Positions 26,604 through 32,000 of a stretch of DNA of 32,000 bases are shown one piece after another. The stretch comes from an archaeon (GTDB taxonomy: Archaea; Iainarchaeota; Iainarchaeia; Iainarchaeales; CSSED10-239): assembly GCA_035390665.1 (NCBI GenBank), contig DAOOUC010000003.1, positions 60,001 to 92,000 on the forward strand. The letters run 5' to 3'. Within the stretch, counting starts at the first letter, position 1, and every line of letters begins with the position of its first letter. The notes under the pieces were generated by a model. That model was not told where the DNA came from and ran no database searches. It saw only the letters and a program-made list of their open reading frames with translations. Position numbers and translations under genes: made by a program.

Positions 26604-26871
26604 CTATATCTTTGATATCACAACCTTATTTGGAGCTATGCTTACAGAAACATAATCATAGAATCCAATAGATCTTCTTATCTCTGAAGGAATAAGAACC
26701 CTATTCTTTTTATCAGGAGAAACAGATTTAGTGATGATGCCAACAAGAGTTTTGGTTCTCTAGGATGACTAGAGCAGAATTAAGATCATAGCTTACGCTA
26801 TATTTACTTGCTTTAGCAAGTCTTGGAAGAGACACTCTTCCACAATCATCTATTCTACAAATCTTGTTCAT
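26604..26871 (-). pseudogene. AbrB/SpoVT-like swapped-hairpin protein gene split by a 1-nt frame disruption
   Basis: Frame A from ATG 26871: MNKICRIDDCGRVSLPRLAKASKYSVSYDLNSALVILENQNSCWHHH*. Frame B: RTKTLVGIITKSVSPDKKNRVLIPSEIRRSIGFYDYVSVSIAPNKVVISKI*. Span 268 nt = 89 codons + 1 nt. Absent from the ORF track. Confidence 0.65.
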
Positions 26872-26939
26872 GTTTCATCATTTTTAACAATTATAAATAT
26901 ATTAAGATTAAAAACATTTAAAAACAGTTTCTGGGAAAA

Positions 26940-27533
26940 CTAATAATGCAATTCATCTAACATATGTGTTGCATAAATATTTCCAACTTTAGGAATATTT
27001 TTTCTACTTCCATATTTCTTTAATAAAAGAAAATATCCATACTCATGTCTTAGTTCTTTTAACATATGATGCCAATCTATATATCTTGAATCTTGGGGAT
27101 GTGGGATTTTCTCCATAATAAAGGTTTTTGTATCTATATCATATGTTGCATAATTTCCTGGCTGCTTTGTTTTTTTTTGAACAAATCCTGGTTCTGCAAA
27201 TTCAAATCTTAAACCATATTTTCTTTTTATCCCTTCAGATACATCATCAAATGCTTTTTTACAACTTGCTTGTGTAATTTTTGGATCTTTTAAAACTCTT
27301 GCAATTTCTTTTAATCCAGAGCTATTCTCATAGACTTCTTTAACAACAATTTGTACTTGTTCTGCATGTCTAGAAAATTCTTCTATTCTCTTTCTGTTAA
27401 GTTCAGCATTTCTGTTTTGTTCGTCTATTCTCTTTTGTCTTTCTATTTGTTGCTGTTTTTCTGTTCTTCTAGCTGTTAATTTTTTATTTATGCTTGTTTT
27501 AATTTTTTTAAATATTCCAACCATAATTATCAA
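26940..27533 (-). CDS. Hypothetical protein with coiled-coil-like N-terminus and a C-terminal 'LKELRHEYGYFLL' segment
   Basis: ORF of 197 aa; KK/RR/Q-rich helical N-terminus followed by a globular domain rich in H/Y/D. Confidence 0.6.
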   Translation of the reverse strand: MIIMVGIFKKIKTSINKKLTARRTEKQQQIERQKRIDEQNRNAELNRKRIEEFSRHAEQVQIVVKEVYENSSGLKEIARVLKDPKITQASCKKAFDDVSEGIKRKYGLRFEFAEPGFVQKKTKQPGNYATYDIDTKTFIMEKIPHPQDSRYIDWHHMLKELRHEYGYFLLLKKYGSRKNIPKVGNIYATHMLDELHY

Positions 27534-27657
27534 TAATTTAAATAATTATAATTACAAAGAATTTAAAAATAGAATATTATAAAATTAGATTTATAAAAAA
27601 ATATAAGCCCAAGAAAATAATTGTTTTCTTGGGAAAAAACTTATAAGCTTATTAAAC

Positions 27658-27927
27658 TTATAATCTGCCTTTGAATTCTTTACTTACTTTGAATCCAACT
27701 GTCTTACTTGCTTTAATTTGGATCTTCTTTCCTGTTTGAGGATTGATTCCTGCTCTTGCAGCTCTCTTCTTTACAGCAAATGTTCCGAAACCAACTAATT
27801 GTAATTTTCCGTGTTTCTTAACAACTACCTTAATACCTTCAAGTGTAAGGTTTAATGTTTCTTCTATCTTTGATTTTGATAAATCAGATTTTTTTGATAT
27901 TTCTTCTATTAAAGTTTGTTTATTCAT
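27658..27927 (-). CDS. HU-family DNA-binding protein
   Basis: 'MNKQTLIEEISKKSDLSKSKIEETLNLTLEGIKVVVKKHGKLQLVGFGTFAVKKRAARAGINPQTGKKIQIKASKTVGFKVSKEFKGRL', full-length HU pattern. Confidence 0.97.
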   Translation of the reverse strand: MNKQTLIEEISKKSDLSKSKIEETLNLTLEGIKVVVKKHGKLQLVGFGTFAVKKRAARAGINPQTGKKIQIKASKTVGFKVSKEFKGRL

Positions 27928-28097
27928 TTTTATTTACCCCCTTTTATGTAATAAAAGAATATAATTATTTGATACTAACAGTTTTTAAATATATCTCTGT
28001 TTTTGCCTCTAAAACAGCATAATTTCGTGTTTTTCAAAGAAAATTAGTTTTAGAAAATAATTTAAAAAAAATAATTTTTTTTTGTATTTAAAAAAAA

Positions 28098-28316
28098 TTA
28101 CTGTTTTTTTTCTATATACTTCTTTTTATACCCGGCCCATAGTTTAAGTGAATAATACAAAAACACAGCTGTAAAACCAAATATTATCAAAAATATATAC
28201 ATAGAGTTTTGTCTTTGAGAAACTCCACACATTCCTTGACAAGCTACCCAATCCCATAGCACAAAAAATAATATTCCCAAAACAATAATAACTAAAGTTG
28301 TTCTTTTCCAATGCAT
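28098..28316 (-). CDS. Small two-TM hypothetical membrane protein
   Basis: 'TTLVIIVLGILFFVLWDWVACQG' and 'MYIFLIIFGFTAVFLYYSLKLWAGY' with basic C-terminus. Confidence 0.55.
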   Translation of the reverse strand: MHWKRTTLVIIVLGILFFVLWDWVACQGMCGVSQRQNSMYIFLIIFGFTAVFLYYSLKLWAGYKKKYIEKKQ

Positions 28317-28336
28317 AATTTTTCACAATTTTAAAA

Positions 28337-28410
28337 TGGATCTATTGGGATTCGAACCCAAGTCGCAAGCTCCGCAAGCTTAAATGCTATCCAGGCTACA
28401 CCATAGATCC
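28337..28410 (-). tRNA. tRNA-Arg(GCG)
   Basis: Minus strand GGATCTA...TAAGC-TTGCGGA-GCTTG...TTGGGTTCGAATCCCAA-TAGATCC-A; anticodon GCG. Confidence 0.92.
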
Positions 28411-28445
28411 ATATAAATTTATGAATCTAAATGGTTTTAAAATAA

Positions 28446-28793
28446 TTACTTTCCAAATCTTGCTGTACCCCAGATAAATACTGACATAAATCCATAAACC
28501 AAAAAGAAATACAATAAAAACAATGCTGTGCTTATATAAAAATATTTCCAAAGTATAAAATACAAAAATATTCCCACAACTATAAAAGTAATTACATTGT
28601 TACCAAATGCTTCTGCTACCATTCCATATATTACAAAACCAATAACAATCATTATTATGTATTTTGCAATAGGATACATAGAAACAATTAGTGGTATTAA
28701 TAATATTACAAATAATAATACAATTAATATCTTCCAAATTAATGATGCTCCTTTTAAAAAAGGAATAAAGTTTAGGAAACCTTTATTTTTCAT
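28446..28793 (-). CDS. Hypothetical multi-TM membrane protein
   Basis: Predominantly hydrophobic 115-aa ORF; stop/start overlap with the upstream gene on the same strand. Confidence 0.6.
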   Translation of the reverse strand: MKNKGFLNFIPFLKGASLIWKILIVLLFVILLIPLIVSMYPIAKYIIMIVIGFVIYGMVAEAFGNNVITFIVVGIFLYFILWKYFYISTALFLLYFFLVYGFMSVFIWGTARFGK

Positions 28794-29236
28794 CTTTTTC
28801 TACCACCAAATGATTTCATTGCTGCTTGCCTGGCTTTCCATTGTTCTTCTGGACTCATTTCATAAGATTGCTCTTGCTCTTCTCCTCCTTGTCCAAGCAT
28901 CTGCCTAGGATCTGGCGCCCCTTGTCCTTGTCCGCCGTGTGCTTCTCCCATAGTTACAAAGAAGGTATCAACAAGTACAGAACCAATACCAATTGTTATT
29001 AAAACATAAATTACATATGTTGCTCCAATTAATGGCCAATAGAAGAAGATTAAAACAACACAAGCTATTACTATTGCTGTTATAGCAAGCCAATTCTTAG
29101 TAATTCTTTGTTTTACAAAAATAACTAAAAAGACAATAAATGCAATCTTAATTATAAAATTAAAATCTTCAAAAAAACCTAATATAATTGGATCCATATT
29201 AATCTTCATCTCCTGTTTCTTGATTTGTTGTTTCAT
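28790..29236 (-). CDS. Hypothetical TM protein with Gly/Gln/Glu-rich cytosolic-like tail
   Basis: Several TM segments then 'GEAHGGQGQGAPDPRQMLGQGGEEQEQSYEMSPEEQWKARQAAMKSFGGRKR'; overlaps both neighbours. Confidence 0.6.
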   Translation of the reverse strand: MKQQIKKQEMKINMDPIILGFFEDFNFIIKIAFIVFLVIFVKQRITKNWLAITAIVIACVVLIFFYWPLIGATYVIYVLITIGIGSVLVDTFFVTMGEAHGGQGQGAPDPRQMLGQGGEEQEQSYEMSPEEQWKARQAAMKSFGGRKR

Positions 29237-32000
29237 CTGTAATTGGAGTATCTATATTTGAATCAACTTGAGAATTTACAACAATTACATCTTTTTGAGT
29301 TTCTGTAAATCCAACTTTATCGTCAATCCATCTTACAATTACAGAAGTTAATCCGCTTTCCATACATGCAGAAGAATTTGGATTATAAACTAAATTAAAT
29401 ATTTTTGATAATGAATCTTGCTGTATTGTAATACGAGAAATCTGGTTAAATCTTCCTGAATTTTTAGATCCATTTTGATCAATATTAGACAAAGTATAGA
29501 TCTTTGTAAGATCGTGATTACCTAAGTCTTCATCTATAAGTGTAAAATAAATATTACTCATCTTATTTTTTTCAGACATTGGCCAATATAATGTTGTCTT
29601 TAATAATTTTATATTATTATTATTACCGTATGCTTGTCTAAATGTAGATGAATTAACCTGAGATTTAGAATATAATCCTGCACCTGTATTATATGTATTA
29701 TCTCTTAAAATCTTACTAGAATAATTATAATCTTCCCATTTTAGTAAACTTGGAAGTTTAAAATTATAATTATTGCTATTATCTTCCTTTAATCTATAAT
29801 TTAATCCGACAGTATTACTATTAACAACACGTGCAAATATTGGTATTGGAAACGATGGGCTATAATTTAAAGTTAAATATATTTGATTATTCTCCATTGT
29901 ATCTAATCTTATATCTATTAATTTACCTTCAGAATTTAGTGTATTTCTTAATCCTTCTTGGTTTATTGTATCAACATAATCATTATTATTTGCTATAATT
30001 TTTACAATACTATTGTTCCCGTCTGCATTTTTATATAAATAAACACCAGGTAAAACTATTGGTAGATTTGCATCATTAATTATTGTACTACCATATCCAT
30101 CTCTATGACTTTCTTTAGCAACTGTATCTATTCCAAGTTTTCCATCTATAGGGATATAATATAATAAATTTCTCATAGAATAAGGCATTTCTCTTACTAA
30201 TTCTAAATCAATATGTAATGGAGAATTGTAAACTGTTTCAAAATCATTATTTATCTTTATTCTATATTTTCCTGGTTTGTTTGTAGGAACATTAATAGTA
30301 TTTATTTTTTCTGTTTTAGATATTGAAAAATTACCATCTTCAATATTATCTATAGTCATTATTGGATTCTCATCATTAAAATCTGTGAAATTACTCCCAT
30401 CTAAAAATTCATTATATGATATTAAATCTTTTAATAAATCTTCTGAAACACCATCATTCATTAAATAAATATAAGTATTATTTTCTTGTAAATTACTCAA
30501 ATCATTATTTATTAATTTAAATACACTAAATAGCATCTGTAGAGAATCACAGTGAGTTTTATTAGTATCATAATTTTCTTCTATAGTATCAATACATTCT
30601 TCAGTCCAATCAACTTGTGTATCTCCCCAAGTGTACTTTATCTTTGGCTTAATCTCTTCTCCACTTTTACAGGAGTCATATGCTTCTAATTCACATAAAC
30701 CTATAATATCAAAGTTATTGCTTGTTATTGACCCACTACTTCCAAAGCCTAAACATATATTTCCATAAAGTCCTTGTTCTTCAAGTAATTCTTGTATTGT
30801 TTGCTTAATTATTGTAAGATTAAGAGTTAATGGAACATTAATATCAACATTAGATGAATTCAAATTATTTATATTAAAAGAATATTTAAGCATTTTAGGT
30901 TTACTAAAAATAATATATGGAATATTAATTTGACTATTATCTAATCCATCATAATTTCCATTTATATCTAAAGTTATATTCTTATTTGAATTTGAATTAA
31001 TGTTTTGTGGAAGCTGTGTTATTACCGTAAAATTATTATCCAAATCATTAAATTCCACAGAATATAAATTAAAATCATAGGTTTTTGTTTCATTTTTTAA
31101 TATAGTATTAAGAACTTGAGAACAACTATCATAAGAACAACTCATTCCTTGTGCCCATGGCGGAGATAGATTTGGATTTTTCTTAATTGAGTAAATTTCA
31201 GATGGATTATATATCCTTATCTTTATATCAAGTGGCATTATAAAGCCATTATTATTTGCAGTTATTCCAAATAATATTGCTGCGGATTTATAATTTGAAG
31301 TTGCATCTGCATTGCCTTGTAATTGAGATTTTATCTGAAAGTTAGTTGTTTGTCCTGAAGATACATTTACTTGAGTAGGTATAATGTCTATGCTTAATCC
31401 CGAAACGGTGGGATCTATAAAACTTGTAGCTCCGATTGTAATCGGATTTGCTGAATTATTTGTAATTGTATAATTAAAATCAACTATAGGAGACACATTC
31501 TTAATTAATTCAATAAATATTTCGTTATTTTCTATTACTTTTCCTGGTTTTGTTATCCCAATTGTATTTGTATTAAGATTAACATCAAATTCCTTGTTTA
31601 TTTTTATATCTGCATCTAAAGTAAAAATAATTGGTTGATTATCAAATATTCCAATATTTAAGGTATTTATATATGTTCCAACAACAGTTGTTGCATTTTG
31701 AGGAATTAAAACGGTTTTAATTTGTGTTTTAATTAATTTATTACTGTCTGAAATGGTGGTTGGTAAGATATTATTTTCTTGCAAGTAGACATTCATATCT
31801 GTAAATGAGATAAAACCGGATCTTCCTTCTAAAGTTACATTTAACTGAGAATTATATGCACTTGATTTAACCACATAATAATTTTTGTCGTCTGTTGTAT
31901 AATTAGTTACCCCATTAACTGTATATTTGCCTACGTTATAAATTAATGGATGATTAACATCTATAGTTGTGCCTGTTGTATGAACTAACTTATATCCTGA
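29199..32000 (-). CDS. Large putative secreted/cell-surface protein (partial; N-terminus beyond the window)
   Basis: The listed ORF starts at a GTG at 31874, but the same frame stays open to 32000: ...SGYKLVHTTGTTIDVNHPLIYNVGKYTVNGVTNYTTDDKNYYVVKSSAYNSQLNVT.... Asn/Thr/Ser-rich beta-type sequence. Confidence 0.8.
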   Translation of the reverse strand, partial: SGYKLVHTTGTTIDVNHPLIYNVGKYTVNGVTNYTTDDKNYYVVKSSAYNSQLNVTLEGRSGFISFTDMNVYLQENNILPTTISDSNKLIKTQIKTVLIPQNATTVVGTYINTLNIGIFDNQPIIFTLDADIKINKEFDVNLNTNTIGITKPGKVIENNEIFIELIKNVSPIVDFNYTITNNSANPITIGATSFIDPTVSGLSIDIIPTQVNVSSGQTTNFQIKSQLQGNADATSNYKSAAILFGITANNNGFIMPLDIKIRIYNPSEIYSIKKNPNLSPPWAQGMSCSYDSCSQVLNTILKNETKTYDFNLYSVEFNDLDNNFTVITQLPQNINSNSNKNITLDINGNYDGLDNSQINIPYIIFSKPKMLKYSFNINNLNSSNVDINVPLTLNLTIIKQTIQELLEEQGLYGNICLGFGSSGSITSNNFDIIGLCELEAYDSCKSGEEIKPKIKYTWGDTQVDWTEECIDTIEENYDTNKTHCDSLQMLFSVFKLINNDLSNLQENNTYIYLMNDGVSEDLLKDLISYNEFLDGSNFTDFNDENPIMTIDNIEDGNFSISKTEKINTINVPTNKPGKYRIKINNDFETVYNSPLHIDLELVREMPYSMRNLLYYIPIDGKLGIDTVAKESHRDGYGSTIINDANLPIVLPGVYLYKNADGNNSIVKIIANNNDYVDTINQEGLRNTLNSEGKLIDIRLDTMENNQIYLTLNYSPSFPIPIFARVVNSNTVGLNYRLKEDNSNNYNFKLPSLLKWEDYNYSSKILRDNTYNTGAGLYSKSQVNSSTFRQAYGNNNNIKLLKTTLYWPMSEKNKMSNIYFTLIDEDLGNHDLTKIYTLSNIDQNGSKNSGRFNQISRITIQQDSLSKIFNLVYNPNSSACMESGLTSVIVRWIDDKVGFTETQKDVIVVNSQVDSNIDTPITDETTNQETGDED

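Noticed and set aside
27743-27964. + strand ORF over the HU gene
   Set aside because: Antisense to a fully supported HU protein.
28144-28326. Alternative minus-strand 60-aa ORF in another frame of the 28098-28316 gene
   Set aside because: Overlapping frame; the 72-aa version has a more typical two-TM layout with a basic tail.
31874-31876. GTG at 31874 as the true start of the large secreted protein
   Set aside because: The reading frame stays open to the window edge with continuing coherent sequence, so this is only the first start-like codon within a truncated gene.
1-32000. CRISPR array, rRNA, transposase, integrase or prophage genes
   Set aside because: Looked for regularly spaced direct repeats and hallmark protein motifs; none seen. 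AT-rich repeats are scattered and irregular.

Overview
AT-rich 32 kb window. I infer an archaeal chromosome, probably from a reduced-genome (DPANN-like) lineage, based on a Trm5-type methyltransferase, a DUF63-like membrane protein, archaeal/eukaryotic-type ProRS, an archaeal pilin-like N-terminus on a GLUG-repeat protein and a membrane-anchored Lon-like S16 protease. It also carries ScpA/ScpB, an HU-family protein, an ATP-dependent DNA ligase, ProRS, HisRS, AlaRS, a KaiC-like ATPase, Fic, PLD, MscS, DedA and five tRNAs (Asn, Asp, Pro, His, Arg). The most unusual locus is 3977-7258: a protein with an N-terminal multi-cluster ferredoxin module fused to a complete TadA/VirB11-type secretion ATPase, followed by two TadC/GspF-like membrane proteins. 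Divergently upstream lies a PRPP-synthetase-like protein whose PRPP-binding loop looks degenerate. The ORF track misses or truncates several genes: a frame-disrupted AbrB/SpoVT-like gene (26604-26871), a J-domain ORF with no canonical start and a duplicated 5' segment (15973-16338), a membrane-anchored protein whose reading frame breaks in a CTTT-type repeat (20436-21217), and a secreted protein running off each end of the window. ProRS and HisRS each lie downstream of, and on the same strand as, their cognate tRNA. No CRISPR array, rRNA, or transposase-bearing mobile element was seen.
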